A stretch of DNA of 64,000 bases from Antedon mediterranea (Eukaryota; Animalia; Echinodermata). A model generated the notes under the pieces. It did not search any database. It was not told the origin of the DNA and worked only from the letters and a program-made list of their open reading frames with translations. Location of the stretch: positions 8,958,201-9,022,200 of the forward strand of contig NC_092679.1 in NCBI RefSeq assembly GCF_964355755.1, in the 5' to 3' direction. This document shows positions 24,421-40,200 of the stretch, piece by piece. Both the position numbers and the translations under genes were made by a program. How positions within the stretch are numbered: position 1 is the stretch's first letter; every line of letters starts with the position of its first letter.

Positions 24421-27400
24421 TTTTTATGTTAACAAGTTTTTTCGAAAATCACAAAATGGTCTAAAACGTCTCCAAATGCGATTTGAAGCTATTCTGTACA
24501 CTTTGATGTTTTTATGTTAACAAGTTTTTTCGAAAATCACAAAATGGTCTAAAATGTCTCCAAATGCGATTTGAAGCTATTCTAAGCACTTTGGTGTTTT
24601 TATGGAAACATTTTTTTTCGAAAATCACAAAATGGTCTAAAACGTCTCCAATAGTGATTTGAAGCTTTTCTTTACACTTTGGTGTTTTTATGTTAAGTTT
24701 TTTCGAAAATCACAAAATGGTCTAAAACGTCTCCAAATTCGATTTGAAGCTATTCTGTACACTTTGATGTTTTTATGTTAACAAGTTTTTTCGAAAATCA
24801 CAAAATGGTCAAAAACGTCTACAAATGCGATTTGAAGCTATTCTAAGCACTTTTGTGTTTTTATGTTAACAAGTTTTTTCGAAAATCACAAAATGGTCTA
24901 AAACGTCTGCAAATGCGATTTGAAACTATTCTTAGCACATTGGTGTTTTTATTTGAAACAAATTTTTTCGAAACTCACAAAATGGTCTAAAACGTCTCCA
25001 AATGCGATTTGAAGCTATTTTAAGCACTTTAGTGTTTTTGTGTTAACAAGTTTTTCGAAATGCTCAAAATGGTCTAAAACGTTTTTAAATACGATATTAA
25101 GCTATTTTGTGCTCTTTGATGTTTTTTTGTGAAAAGTTTTAGCAAAATGCTCAAAATGGTCTAAAACGATTTCTAATGTGATTTTAAGCACTTTGATGTT
25201 TTTATGTTAACTAGTTTTTTCGAAAATCACAAAATGGTCTAAAACGTCTCCAAATGCGATTTGAAGCTATTTTAAGCACTTAGGTGCTTTTGTGTAACCA
25301 AGTTTTTTTGAAAATCACAAAAGGGTCTAAAATGTCTCCAAATGTGATTTGAAGCTATTTTAAGCACTTTGGTGTTTTTGTGTTAACAAGTTTTTCGAAA
25401 ATCACAAAATTGTCTAAAACGTCTCCAAATGCGATTTGAAGCTATTCTGTACACTTTGATGTTTTTATGTTAACAAGTTTTTTAGAAAATCACAAAATGG
25501 TCTAAAACATCTCCAAATGCGATTTAAAGCTATTTTAAGCACTTTGGTGTTTTTATGTTAACAAGTTTTTTCGAAAATCACAAAATGGTCTAAAACGTCT
25601 CCAAATGCGATTTGAAGCTATTTTAAGCACTTTGGTGTTTTTGTGTTAACAAGTTTTTCGAAATGCTCAAAATGGTCTAAAACGTTTCCAAATGCGATTT
25701 GAAGCTATTCTGTACACTTTGATGTTTTGTGTGAAAATTTTCTTTTGAAATGCTCAAAATGGTCAAAAACGTTTTTAAATACGATATTAAGCTACTTTGT
25801 GCTCTTTGATGTTTTTGTGTGAAATGTTTTATCGAAATGCTCAAAATGGTCTAAACCGGTTTCTAATGTGATTTCAAGCACTTTGATGTTTTTGTGTAAC
25901 CAAGTTTTTCGAAAATCACAAAATTGTCTAAAACGTCTCCAAATGCGATTTGAAGCTATTCTGTACACTTTGATGTTTTTATGTTAACAAGTTTTTCGAA
26001 AATCACAAAATGGTCTAAAACGTCTCCAAATGCGATTTTAAGCTATTCTAAGCACTTTGGTGTTTTTATGTTAACAAGTTTTTTTGAAAATCACAAAATG
26101 GTCTAAAACGTCTCTAAATGCGATTTGAAGCTTTTCTGTACACTTTGATGTTTTTATGTTAACAACTTTTTTCGAAAATCACAAAATGGTCTAAAATGTC
26201 TCCAAATGCGATTTGAAGCTATTCTAAGCACTTTGGTGTTTTTATGGAAACAATTTTTTTCGAAAATCACAAAATGGTCTAAAACGTCTCCAATAGCGAT
26301 TTGAAGCTTTTCTTTACACTTTGGTGTTTTTATGTTAACAAGTTTTTTCGAAAATCACAAAATGGTCTAAAACGTCTCCAAATGCGATTTGAAGCTATTC
26401 TGTACACTTTGATGTTTTTATGTTAACAAGTTTTTTCGAAAATCACAAAATGGTCTAAAATGTCTCCAAATGCGATTTGAAGCTATTCTAAGCACTTTGG
26501 TGTTTTTATGGAAACATTTTTTTTCGAAAATCACAAAATGGTCTAAAACGTCTCCAATAGTGATTTGAAGCTTTTCTTTACACTTTGGTGTTTTTATGTT
26601 AAGTTTTTTCGAAAATCACAAAATGGTCTAAAACGTCTCCAAATGCGATTTGAAGCTATTCTGTACACTTTGATGTTTTGTGTGAAAATTTTCTGTCGAA
26701 ATGCTCAAAATGGTCAAAAACGTTTTTAAATACGATATTAAGCTACTTTGTGCTCTTTGATGTTTTTGTGTGAAATGTTTTATCGAAATGCTCAAAATGG
26801 TCTAAAACGGTTTCTAATGTGATTTCAAGCACTTTGATGTTTTTGTGTAACCAAGTTTTTCGAAAATCACAAAATTGTCTAAAACGTCTCCAAATGCGAT
26901 TTGAAGCTATTCTGTACACTTTGATGTTTTTATGTTAACAAGTTTTTCGAAAATCACAAAATGGTCTAAAACGTTTCCAAATGCGATTTTAAGCTATTCT
27001 AAGCACTTTGGTGTTTTTATGTTAACAAGTTTTTTTGAAAATCACAAAATGGTCTAAAACGTCTCTAAATGCGATTTGAAGCTTTTCTGTACACTTTGAT
27101 GTTTTTATGTTAACAACTTTTTTCGAAAATCACAAAATGGTCTAAAATGTCTCCAAATGCGATTTGAAGCTATTCTAAGCACTTTGGTGTTTTTATGGAA
27201 ACAATTTTTTTCGAAAATCACAAAATGGTCTAAAACGTCTCCAATAGCGATTTGAAGCTTTTCTTTACACTTTGGTGTTTTTATGTTAACAAGTTTTTTC
27301 GAAAATCACAAAATGGTCTAAAATGTCTCCAAATGCGATTTGAAGCTATTCTAAGCACTTTGGTGTTTTTATGGAAACATTTTTTTTCGAAAATCACAAA

Positions 27401-30400
27401 ATGGTCTAAAACGTCTCCAATAGTGATTTGAAGCTTTTCTTTACACTTTGGTGTTTTTATGTTAAGTTTTTTCGAAAATCACAAAATGGTCTAAAACGTC
27501 TCCAAATTCGATTTGAAGCTATTCTGTACACTTTGATGTTTTTATGTTAACAAGTTTTTTCAAAAATCACAAAATGGTCTAAAACGTCTACAAATGCGAT
27601 TTGAAGCTATTCTAAGCACTTTTGTGTTTTTATGTTAACAAGTTTTTTCGAAAATCACAAAATGGTCTAAAACGTCTGCAAATGCGATTTGAAACTATTC
27701 TTAGCACATTGGTGTTTTTATTTAAACAAATTTTTTCGAAACTCACAAAATGGTCTAAAACGTCTCCAAATGCGATTTGAAGCTATTTTAAGCACTTTAG
27801 TGTTTTTGTGTTAACAAGTTTTTCGAAATGCTCAAAATGGTCTAAAACGTTTTTAAACACGATATTAAGCTCACAAAACGTCTCCAAATGCGATTTGAAG
27901 CTATTCTGTACACTTTGATGTTTTTATGTTAATAAGTTTTTCTTTACACTTTGGTGTTTTTATGTTAACAAGTTTTTTCGAAAATCACAAAATGGTCTAA
28001 AACGATTTCTAATGTGATTTTAAGCACTTTGATGTTTTTATGTTAACTAGTTTTTTCGAAAATCACAAAATGGTCTAAAACGTCTCCAAATGCGATTTGA
28101 AGCTATTTTAAGCACTTAGGTGCTTTTGTGTAACCAATTTTTTTTGAAAATCACAAAAGGGTCTAAAATGTCTCCAAATGTGATTTGAAGCTATTTTAAG
28201 CACTTTGGTGTTTTTGTGTTAACAAGTTTTTCGAAAATCACAAAATTGTCTAAAACGTCTCCAAATGCGATTTGAAGCTATTCTGTACACTTTGATGTTT
28301 TTATGTTAACAAGTTTTTTAGAAAATCACAAAATGGTCTAAAACATCTCCAAATGCGATTTAAAGCTATTTTAAGCACTTTAGTGTTTTTATGTTAACAT
28401 GTTTTTTCGAAAATCACAAAATGGTCTAAAACGTCTCCAAATGCGATTTGAAGCTATTTTAAGCACTTTGGTGTTTTTGTGTTAACAAGTTTTTCGAAAT
28501 GCTCAAAATGGTCTAAAACGTTTCAAAATGCGATTTGAAGCTATTCTGTACACTTTGATGTTTTGTGTGAAAATTTTCTGTCGAAATGCTCAAAATGGTC
28601 AAAAACGTTTTTAAATACGATATTAAGCTACTTTGTGCTCTTTGATGTTTTTGTCTGAAATGTTTTATCGAAATGCTCAAAATGGTCTAAAACGGTTTCT
28701 AATGTGATTTCAAGCACTTTGATGTTTTTGTGTAACCAAGTTTTTCGAAAATCACAAAATTGTCTAAAACGTCTCCAAATGCGATTTGAAGCTATTCTGT
28801 ACTCTTTGATGTTTTTATGTTAACAAGTTTTTCGAAAATCACAAAATGGTCTAAAACGTCTCCAAATGCGATTTTAAGCTATTCTAAGCACTTTGGTGTT
28901 TTTATGTTAACAAGTTTTTTTGAAAATCACAAAATGGTCTAAAACGTCTCTAAATGCGATTTGAAGCTTTTCTGTACACTTTGATGTTTTTATGTTAACA
29001 AGTTTTTTCGAAAATCACAAAATGGTCTAAAATGTCTCCAAATGCGATTTGAAGCTATTCTAAGCACTTTGGTGTTTTTATGTTAAAAAGTTTTTTCGAA
29101 AATCACAAAATGGTCTAAAACGTCTACAAATGCGATTTGAAGCTATTCTAAGCACTTTTGTGTTTTTATTTAAACAAATTTTTTCGAAACTCACAAAATG
29201 GTCTAAAACGTCTCCAAATGCGATTTGAAGCTATTTTAAGCACTTTGGTGTTTTTGTGTTAACAAGTTTTTCGAAATGCTCAAAATGGTCTAAAACGTTT
29301 CCAAATGCGATTTGAAGCTATTCTGTACACTTTGATGTTTTGTTTGAAAATTTTCTGTCGAAATGCTCAAAATGGTCAAAAACGTTTTTAAATACGATAT
29401 TAAGCTACTTTGTGCTCTTTGATGTTTTTGTGTGAAATGTTTTATCAAAATGCTCAAAATGGTCTAAAACGGTTTCTAATGTGATTTCAAGCACTTTGAT
29501 GTTTTTGTGTAACCAAGTTTTTCGAAAATCACAAAATTGTCTAAAACGTCTCCAAATGCGATTTGAAGCTATTCTGTACACTTTGATGTTTTTATGTTAA
29601 CAAGTTTTTCGAAAATCACAAAATGGTCTAAAACGTCTCCAAATGCGATTTTAAGCTATTCTAAGCACTTTGGTGTTTTTATGTTAACAAGTTTTTTTGA
29701 AAATCACAAAATGGTCTAAAACGTCTCTAAATGCGATTTGAAGCTTTTCTGTACACTTTGATGTTTTTATGTTAACAACTTTTTTCGAAAATCACAAAAT
29801 GGTCTAAAATGTCTCCAAATGCGATTTGAAGCTATTCTAAGCACTTTGGTGTCTATATGGAAACAATTTTTTTCGAAAATCACAAAATGGTCTAAAACGT
29901 CTCCAATAGCGATTTGAAGCTTTTCTGTACACTTTGGTGTTTTTATGTTAACAATTTTTTTCGAAAATCACAAAATGGTCTAAAACGTCTCCAAATGCGA
30001 TTTGAAGCTATTCTGTACACTTTGATGTTTTTATGTTAACAAGTTTTTTCGAAAATCACAAAATGGTCTAAAACGTTTCCAAATGCGATTTGAAGCTATT
30101 CTGTACACTTTGATGTTTTGTGTGAAAATTTTCTGTCGAAGTGCTCAAAATGGTCAAAAACGTTTTTAAATACGATATTAAGCTACTTTGTGCTCTTTGA
30201 TGTTTTTGTGTGAAATGTTTTATCGAAATGCTCAAAATGGTCTAAAACGGTTTCTAATGTGATTTCAAGCACTTTGATGTTTTTGTGTAACCAAGTTTTT
30301 CGAAAATCACAAAATTGTCTAAAACGTCTCCAAATGCGATTTGAAGCTATTCTGTACACTTTGGTGTTTTTATGTTAACAAGTTTTTTCGAAAATCACAA

Positions 30401-33400
30401 AATGGTCTAAAACGTCTCCAAATACGATTTAAAGCTATTTTAAGCACTTTTGTGTTTTTGTGTAACCAAGTTTTTTCGAAAATCACAAAAGGGTCTAAAA
30501 TGTCTGTAAATGCGATTTGAAGCTATTTAAAGCACTTTGGTGTTTTTAGGTTAACAAGTTTTTTCGAAAATCACAAAATGGTCTAAAACGTCTACAAATG
30601 CGATTTGAAGCTATTCTAAGCACTTTTGTGTTTTTATGTTAACAAGTTTTTTCGAAAATCACAAAATGGTCTAAAACGTCTCCAAATGCGATTTGAAGCT
30701 ATTTTAAGCACTTTGGTGTTTTTGTGTTAACAAGTTTTTCGAAATGCTCAAAATGGTCTAAAACGTCTCCAAATGCGATTTGAAGCTATTCTAAGCACTT
30801 TGGTGTTTTTATGTTAACAAGTTTTTTCGAAAATCACAAAATGGTATAAAACGTCTCCAAATGCGATTTGAAGCTATTCTAAGCACTTTGGTGTTTTTAT
30901 GTTAACAAGTTTTTTCGAAAATCACAAAATGGTCTAAAACGTTTCCAACCGCGATTTGAAGCTATTCTGTACACTTTGATGTTTTGTGTGAAAATTTTCT
31001 TTTGAAATGCTCAAAATGGTCAAAAACGTTTTTAAATACGATATTAAGCTACTTTGTGCTCTTTGATGTTTTTGTGTGAAATGTTTTATCGAAATGCTCA
31101 AAATGGTCTAAAACGGTTTCTAATGTGATTTCAAGCACTTTGATGTTTTTGTGTAACCAAGTTTTTTGAAAATCACAAAATTGTCTAAAACGTCTCCAAA
31201 TGCGATTTGAAGCTATTCTGTACACTTTGATGTTTTTATGTTAACAAGTTTTTCGAAAATCACAAAATGGTCTAAAACGTCTCCAAATGCGATTTTAAGC
31301 TATTTTAAGCACTTTTGTGTTTTTGTGTAACCAAGTTTTTTTGAAAATCACAAAATGGTCTAAAACGTCTCTAAATGCGATTTGAAGCTTTTCTGTACAC
31401 TTTGATGTTTTTATGTTAACAACTTTTTTCGAAAATCACAAAATGGTCTAAAATGTCTCCAAATGCGATTTGAAGCTATTCTAAGCACTTTGGTGTTTTT
31501 ATGGAAACAATTTTTTTCGAAAATCACAAAATGGTCTAAAACGTCTCCAATAGCGATTTGAAGCTTTTCTGTACACTTTGGTGTTTTTATGTTAACAAGT
31601 TTTTTCGAAAATCACAAAATGGTCTAAAACGTCTCCAAATGCGATTTGAAGCTATTCTGTACACTTTGATGTTTTTATGTTAACAAGTTTTTTCGAAAAT
31701 CACAAAATGGTCTAAAACGTCTACAAATGCGATTTGAAGCTATTCTGTACACTTTGATGCTTTTATGTTAACAAGTTTTTTCGAAAATCACAAAATGGTC
31801 TAAAACGTTTCCAAATGCGATTTGAAGCTATTCTGTACACTTTGATGTTTTGTGTGAAAATTTTCTGTCGAAATGCTCAAAATGGTCAAAAACGTTTTTA
31901 AATACGATATTAAGCTACTTTGTGCTCTTTGATGTTTTTGTGTGAAATGTTTTATCGAAATGCTCAAAATGGTCTAAAACGGTTTCTAATGTGATTTCAA
32001 GCACTTTGATGTTTTTGTGTAACCAAGTTTTTCGAAAATCACAAAATTGTCTAAAACGTCTCCAAATGCGATTTGAAGCTATTCTGTACACTTTGATGTT
32101 TTTATGTTAACAAGTTTTTCGAAAATCACAAAATGGTCTAAAACGTCTCCAAATGCGATTTTAAGCTATTCTAAGCACTTTGGTGTTTTTATGTTAACAA
32201 GTTTTTTTGAAAATCACAAAATGGTCTAAAACGTCTCTAAATGCGATTTGAAGCTTTTCTGTACACTTTGATGTTTTTATGTTAAAAACTTTTTTCGAAA
32301 ATCACAAAATGGTCTAAAATGTCTCCAAATGCGATTTGAAGCTATTCTAAGCACTTTGGTGTTTTTATGGAAACAATTTTTTTCGAAAATCACAAAATGG
32401 TCTAAAACGTCTCCAATAGCGATTTGAAGCTTTTCTTTACACTTTGGTGTTTTTATGTTAACAAGTTTTTTCGAAAATCACAAAATGGTCTAAAACGTCT
32501 CCAAATGCGATTTGAAGCTATTCTGTACACTTTGATGTTTTTATGTTAACAAGTTTTTTCGAAAATCACAAAATGGTCTAAAATGTCTCCAAATGCGATT
32601 TGAAGCTATTCTAAGCACTTTGGTGTTTTTATGGAAACATTTTTTTTCGAAAATCACAAAATGGTCTAAAACGTCTCCAATAGTGATTTGAAGCTTTTCT
32701 TTACACTTTGGTGTTTTTATGTTAAGTTTTTTCGAAAATCACAAAATGGTCTAAAACGTCTCCAAATTCGATTTGAAGCTATTCTGTACACTTTGATGTT
32801 TTTATGTTAACAAGTTTTTTCGAAAATCACAAAATGGTCAAAAACGTCTACAAATGCGATTTGAAGCTATTCTAAGCACTTTTGTGTTTTTATGTTAACA
32901 AGTTTTTTCGAAAATCACAAAATGGTCTAAAACGTCTGCAAATGCGATTTGAAACTATTCTTAGCACATTGGTGTTTTTATTTGAAACAAATTTTTTCGA
33001 AACTCACAAAATGGTCTAAAACGTCTCCAAATGCGATTTGAAGCTATTTTAAGCACTTTAGTGTTTTTGTGTTAACAAGTTTTTCGAAATGCTCAAAATG
33101 GTCTAAAACGTTTTTAAATACGATATTAAGCTATTTTGTGCTCTTTGATGTTTTTTTGTGAAAAGTTTTAGCAAAATGCTCAAAATGGTCTAAAACGATT
33201 TCTAATGTGATTTTAAGCACTTTGATGTTTTTATGTTAACTAGTTTTTTCGAAAATCACAAAATGGTCTAAAACGTCTCCAAATGCGATTTGAAGCTATT
33301 TTAAGCACTTAGGTGCTTTTGTGTAACCAAGTTTTTTTGAAAATCACAAAAGGGTCTAAAATGTCTCCAAATGTGATTTGAAGCTATTTTAAGCACTTTG

Positions 33401-36400
33401 GTGTTTTTGTGTTAACAAGTTTTTCGAAAATCACAAAATTGTCTAAAACGTCTCCAAATGCGATTTGAAGCTATTCTGTACACTTTGATGTTTTTATGTT
33501 AACAAGTTTTTTAGAAAATCACAAAATGGTCTAAAACATCTCCAAATGCGATTTAAAGCTATTTTAAGCACTTTGGTGTTTTTATGTTAACAAGTTTTTT
33601 CGAAAATCACAAAATGGTCTAAAACGTCTCCAAATGCGATTTGAAGCTATTTTAAGCACTTTGGTGTTTTTGTGTTAACAAGTTTTTCGAAATGCTCAAA
33701 ATGGTCTAAAACGTTTCCAAATGCGATTTGAAGCTATTCTGTACACTTTGATGTTTTGTGTGAAAATTTTCTTTTGAAATGCTCAAAATGGTCAAAAACG
33801 TTTTTAAATACGATATTAAGCTACTTTGTGCTCTTTGATGTTTTTGTGTGAAATGTTTTATCGAAATGCTCAAAATGGTCTAAAACGGTTTCTAATGTGA
33901 TTTCAAGCACTTTGATGTTTTTGTGTAACCAAGTTTTTCGAAAATCACAAAATTGTCTAAAACGTCTCCAAATGCGATTTGAAGCTATTCTGTACACTTT
34001 GATGTTTTTATGTTAACAAGTTTTTCGAAAATCACAAAATGGTCTAAAACGTCTCCAAATGCGATTTTAAGCTATTCTAAGCACTTTGGTGTTTTTATGT
34101 TAACAAGTTTTTTTGAAAATCACAAAATGGTCTAAAACGTCTCTAAATGCGATTTGAAGCTTTTCTGTACACTTTGATGTTTTTATGTTAACAACTTTTT
34201 TCGAAAATCACAAAATGGTCTAAAATGTCTCCAAATGCGATTTGAAGCTATTCTAAGCACTTTGGTGTTTTTATGGAAACAATTTTTTTCGAAAATCACA
34301 AAATGGTCTAAAACGTCTCCAATAGCGATTTGAAGCTTTTCTTTACACTTTGGTGTTTTTATGTTAACAAGTTTTTTCGAAAATCACAAAATGGTCTAAA
34401 ACGTCTCCAAATGCGATTTGAAGCTATTCTGTACACTTTGATGTTTTTATGTTAACAAGTTTTTTCGAAAATCACAAAATGGTCTAAAATGTCTCCAAAT
34501 GCGATTTGAAGCTATTCTAAGCACTTTGGTGTTTTTATGGAAACATTTTTTTTCGAAAATCACAAAATGGTCTAAAACGTCTCCAATAGTGATTTGAAGC
34601 TTTTCTTTACACTTTGGTGTTTTTATGTTAACAAGTTTTTTCGAAAATCACAAAATGGTCTAAAACGTCTCCAAATGCGATTTGAAGCTATTCTGTACAC
34701 TTTGATGTTTTGTGTGAAAATTTTCTGTCGAAATGCTCAAAATGGTCAAAAACGTTTTTAAATACGATATTAAGCTACTTTGTGCTCTTTGATGTTTTTG
34801 TGTGAAATGTTTTATCGAAATGCTCAAAATGGTCTAAAACGGTTTCTAATGTGATTTCAAGCACTTTGATGTTTTTGTGTAACCAAGTTTTTCGAAAATC
34901 ACAAAATTGTCTAAAACGTCTCCAAATGCGATTTGAAGCTATTCTGTACACTTTGATGTTTTTATGTTAACAAGTTTTTCGAAAATCACAAAATGGTCTA
35001 AAACGTTTCCAAATGCGATTTTAAGCTATTCTAAGCACTTTGGTGTTTTTATGTTAACAAGTTTTTTTGAAAATCACAAAATGGTCTAAAACGTCTCTAA
35101 ATGCGATTTGAAGCTTTTCTGTACACTTTGATGTTTTTATGTTAACCACTTTTTTCGAAAATCACAAAATGGTCTAAAATGTCTCCAAATGCGATTTGAA
35201 GCTATTCTAAGCACTTTGGTGTTTTTATGGAAACAATTTTTTTCGAAAATCACAAAATGGTCTAAAACGTCTCCAATAGCGATTTGAAGCTTTTCTGTAC
35301 ACTTTGGTGTTTTTATGTTAACAATTTTTTTCGAAAATCACAAAATGGTCTAAAACGTCTCCAAATGCGATTTGAAGCTATTCTGTACACTTTGATGTTT
35401 TTATGTTAACAAGTTTTTTCGAAAATCATAAAATGGTCTAAAACGTTTCCAAATGCGATTTAAAGCTATTCTGTACACTTTGATGTTTTGTGTGAAAATT
35501 TTCTGTCGAAATGCTCAAAATGGTCAAAAACGTTTTTAAATACGATATTAAGCTACTTTGTGCTCTTTGATGTTTTTGTGTGAAATGTTTTATCGAAATG
35601 CTCAAAATGGTCTAAAACGGTTTCTAATGTGATTTCAAGCACTTTGATGTTTTTGTGTAACCAAGTTTTTCGAAAATCACAAAATTGTCTAAAACGTCTC
35701 CAAATTAGATTTGAAGCTATTCTGTACACTTTGGTGTTTTTATGTTAACAAGTTTTTTCGAAAATCACAAAATGGTCTAAAACGTCTCCAAATGCGATTT
35801 AAAGCTATTTTAAGCACTTTTGTGTTTTTGTGTAACCAAGTTTTTTCGAAAATCACAAAAGGGTCTAAAATGTCTGTAAATGCGATTTGAAGCTATTTAA
35901 AGCACTTTGGTGTTTTTAGGTTAACAAGTTTTTTCGAAAATCACAAAATGGTCTAAAACGTCTACAAATGCGATTTGAAGCTATTCTAAGCACTTTTGTG
36001 TTTTTATGTTAACAAGTTTTTTCGAAAATCACAAAATGGTCTAAAACGTCTCCAAATGCGATTTGAAGCTATTTTAAGCACTTTGGTGTTTTTGTGTTAA
36101 CAAGTTTTTCGAAATGCTCAAAATGGTCTAAAACGTCTCCAAATGCGATTTGAAGCTATTCTAAGCACTTTGGTGTTTTTATGTTAACAAGTTTTTTCGA
36201 AAATCACAAAATGGTATAAAACGTCTCCAAATGCGATTTGAAGCTATTCTAAGCACTTTGGTGTTTTTATGTTAACAAGTTTTTTCGAAAATCACAAAAT
36301 GGTCTAAAACTTTTCCAAATGCGATTTGAAGCTATTCTGTACACTTTGATGTTTTGTGTGAAAATTTTCTTTTGAAATGCTCAAAATGGTCAAAAACGTT

Positions 36401-37202
36401 TTTAAATACGATATTAAGCTACTTTGTGCTCTTTGATGTTTTTGTGTGAAATGTTTTATCGAAATGCTCAAAATGGTCTAAAACGGTTTCTAATGTGATT
36501 TCAAGCACTTTGATGTTTTTGTGTAACCAAGTTTTTTGAAAATCACAAAATTGTCTAAAACGTCTCCAAATGCGATTTGAAGCTATTCTGTACACTTTGA
36601 TGTTTTTATGTTAACAAGTTTTTCGAAAATCACAAAATGGTCTAAAACGTCTCCAAATGCGATTTTAAGCTATTTTAAGCACTTTTGTGTTTTTGTGTAA
36701 CCAAGTTTTTTTGAAAATCACAAAATGGTCTAAAACGTCTCTAAATGCGATTTGAAGCTTTTCTGTACACTTTGATGTTTTTATGTTAACAACTTTTTTC
36801 GAAAATCACAAAATGGTCTAAAATGTCTCCAAATGCGATTTGAAGCTATTCTAAGCACTTTGGTGTTTTTATGGAAACAATTTTTTTCGAAAATCACAAA
36901 ATGGTCTAAAACGTCTCCAATAGCGATTTGAAGCTTTTCTGTACACTTTGGTGTTTTTATGTTAACAAGTTTTTTCGAAAATCACAAAATGGTCTAAAAC
37001 GTCTCCAAATGCGATTTGAAGCTATTCTGTACACTTTGATGTTTTTATGTTAACAAGTTTTTTCGAAAATCACAAAATGGTCTAAAACGTCTACAAATGC
37101 GATTTGAAGCTATTCTGTACACTTTGATGCTTTTATGTTAACAAGTTTTTTCGAAAATCACAAAATGGTCTAAAACGTTTCCAAATGCGATTTGAAGCTA
37201 TT

Positions 37203-40200
37203 CTGTACACTTTGATGTTTTGTGTGAAAATTTTCTGTCGAAATGCTCAAAATGGTCAAAAACGTTTTTAAATACGATATTAAGCTACTTTGTGCTCTTT
37301 GATGTTTTTGTGTGAAATGTTTTATCGAAATGCTCAAAATGGTCTAAAACGGTTTCTAATGTGATTTCAAGCACTTTGATGTTTTTGTGTAACCAAGTTT
37401 TTCGAAAATCACAAAATTGTCTAAAACGTCTCCAAATGCGATTTGAAGCTATTCTGTACACTTTGATGTTTTTATGTTAACAAGTTTTTCGAAAATCACA
37501 AAATGGTCTAAAACGTCTCCAAATGCGATTTTAAGCTATTCTAAGCACTTTGGTGTTTTTATGTTAACAAGTTTTTTTGAAAATCACAAAATGGTCTAAA
37601 ACGTCTCTAAATGCGATTTGAAGCTTTTCTGTACACTTTGATGTTTTTATGTTAACAACTTTTTTCGAAAATCACAAAATGGTCTAAAATGTCTCCAAAT
37701 GCGATTTGAAGCTATTCTAAGCACTTTGGTGTTTTTATGGAAACAATTTTTTTCGAAAATCACAAAATGGTCTAAAACGTCTCCAATAGCGATTTGAAGC
37801 TTTTCTTTACACTTTGGTGTTTTTATGTTAACAAGTTTTTTCGCAAATCACAAAATGGTCTAAAACGTCTCCAAATGCGATTTGAAGCTATTCTGTACAC
37901 TTTGATGTTTTTATGTTAACAAGTTTTTTCGAAAATCACAAAATGGTCTAAAATGTCTCCAAATGCGATTTGAAGCTATTCTAAGCACTTTGGTGTTTTT
38001 ATGGAAACATTTTTTTTCGAAAATCACAAAATGGTCTAAAACGTCTCCAATAGTGATTTGAAGCTTTTCTTTACACTTTGGTGTTTTTATGTTAAGTTTT
38101 TTCGAAAATCACAAAATGGTCTAAAACGTCTCCAAATTCGATTTGAAGCTATTCTGTACACTTTGATGTTTTTATGTTAACAAGTTTTTTCGAAAATCAC
38201 AAAATGGTCAAAAACGTCTACAAATGCGATTTGAAGCTATTCTAAGCACTTTTGTGTTTTTATGTTAACAAGTTTTTTCGAAAATCACAAAATGGTCTAA
38301 AACGTCTGCAAATGCGATTTGAAACTATTCTTAGCACATTGGTGTTTTTATTTGAAACAAATTTTTTCGAAACTCACAAAATGGTCTAAAACGTCTCCAA
38401 ATGCGATTTGAAGCTATTTTAAGCACTTTAGTGTTTTTGTGTTAACAAGTTTTTCGAAATGCTCAAAATGGTCTAAAACGTTTTTAAATACGATATTAAG
38501 CTATTTTGTGCTCTTTGATGTTTTTTTGTGAAAAGTTTTAGCAAAATGCTCAAAATGGTCTAAAACGATTTCTAATGTGATTTTAAGCACTTTGATGTTT
38601 TTATGTTAACTAGTTTTTTCGAAAATCACAAAATGGTCTAAAACGTCTCCAAATGCGATTTGAAGCTATTTTAAGCACTTAGGTGCTTTTGTGTAACCAA
38701 GTTTTTTTGAAAATCACAAAAGGGTCTAAAATGTCTCCAAATGTGATTTGAAGCTATTTTAAGCACTTTGGTGTTTTTGTGTTAACAAGTTTTTCGAAAA
38801 TCACAAAATTGTCTAAAACGTCTCCAAATGCGATTTGAAGCTATTCTGTACACTTTGATGTTTTTATGTTAACAAGTTTTTTAGAAAATCACAAAATGGT
38901 CTAAAACATCTCCAAATGCGATTTAAAGCTATTTTAAGCACTTTGGTGTTTTTATGTTAACAAGTTTTTTCGAAAATCACAAAATGGTCTAAAACGTCTC
39001 CAAATGCGATTTGAAGCTATTTTAAGCACTTTGGTGTTTTTGTGTTAACAAGTTTTTCGAAATGCTCAAAATGGTCTAAAACGTTTCCAAATGCGATTTG
39101 AAGCTATTCTGTACACTTTGATGTTTTGTGTGAAAATTTTCTTTTGAAATGCTCAAAATGGTCAAAAACGTTTTTAAATACGATATTAAGCTACTTTGTG
39201 CTCTTTGATGTTTTTGTGTGAAATGTTTTATCGAAATGCTCAAAATGGTCTAAAACGGTTTCTAATGTGATTTCAAGCACTTTGATGTTTTTGTGTAACC
39301 AAGTTTTTCGAAAATCACAAAATTGTCTAAAACGTCTCCAAATGCGATTTGAAGCTATTCTGTACACTTTGATGTTTTTATGTTAACAAGTTTTTCGAAA
39401 ATCACAAAATGGTCTAAAACGTCTCCAAATGCGATTTTAAGCTATTCTAAGCACTTTGGTGTTTTTATGTTAACAAGTTTTTTTGAAAATCACAAAATGG
39501 TCTAAAACGTCTCTAAATGCGATTTGAAGCTTTTCTGTACACTTTGATGTTTTTATGTTAAAAACTTTTTTCGAAAATCACAAAATGGTCTAAAATGTCT
39601 CCAAATGCGATTTGAAGCTATTCTAAGCACTTTGGTGTTTTTATGGAAACAATTTTTTTCGAAAATCACAAAATGGTCTAAAACGTCTCCAATAGCGATT
39701 TGAAGCTTTTCTTTACACTTTGGTGTTTTTATGTTAACAAGTTTTTTCGAAAATCACAAAATGGTCTAAAACGTCTCCAAATGCGATTTGAAGCTATTCT
39801 GTACACTTTGATGTTTTTATGTTAACAAGTTTTTTCGAAAATCACAAAATGGTCTAAAATGTCTCCAAATGCGATTTGAAGCTATTCTAAGCACTTTGGT
39901 GTTTTTATGGAAACATTTTTTTTCGAAAATCACAAAATGGTCTAAAACGTCTCCAATAGTGATTTGAAGCTTTTCTTTACACTTTGGTGTTTTTATGTTA
40001 AGTTTTTTCGAAAATCACAAAATGGTCTAAAACGTCTCCAAATTCGATTTGAAGCTATTCTGTACACTTTGATGTTTTTATGTTAACAAGTTTTTTCGAA
40101 AATCACAAAATGGTCAAAAACGTCTACAAATGCGATTTGAAGCTATTCTAAGCACTTTTGTGTTTTTATGTTAACAAGTTTTTTCGAAAATCACAAAATG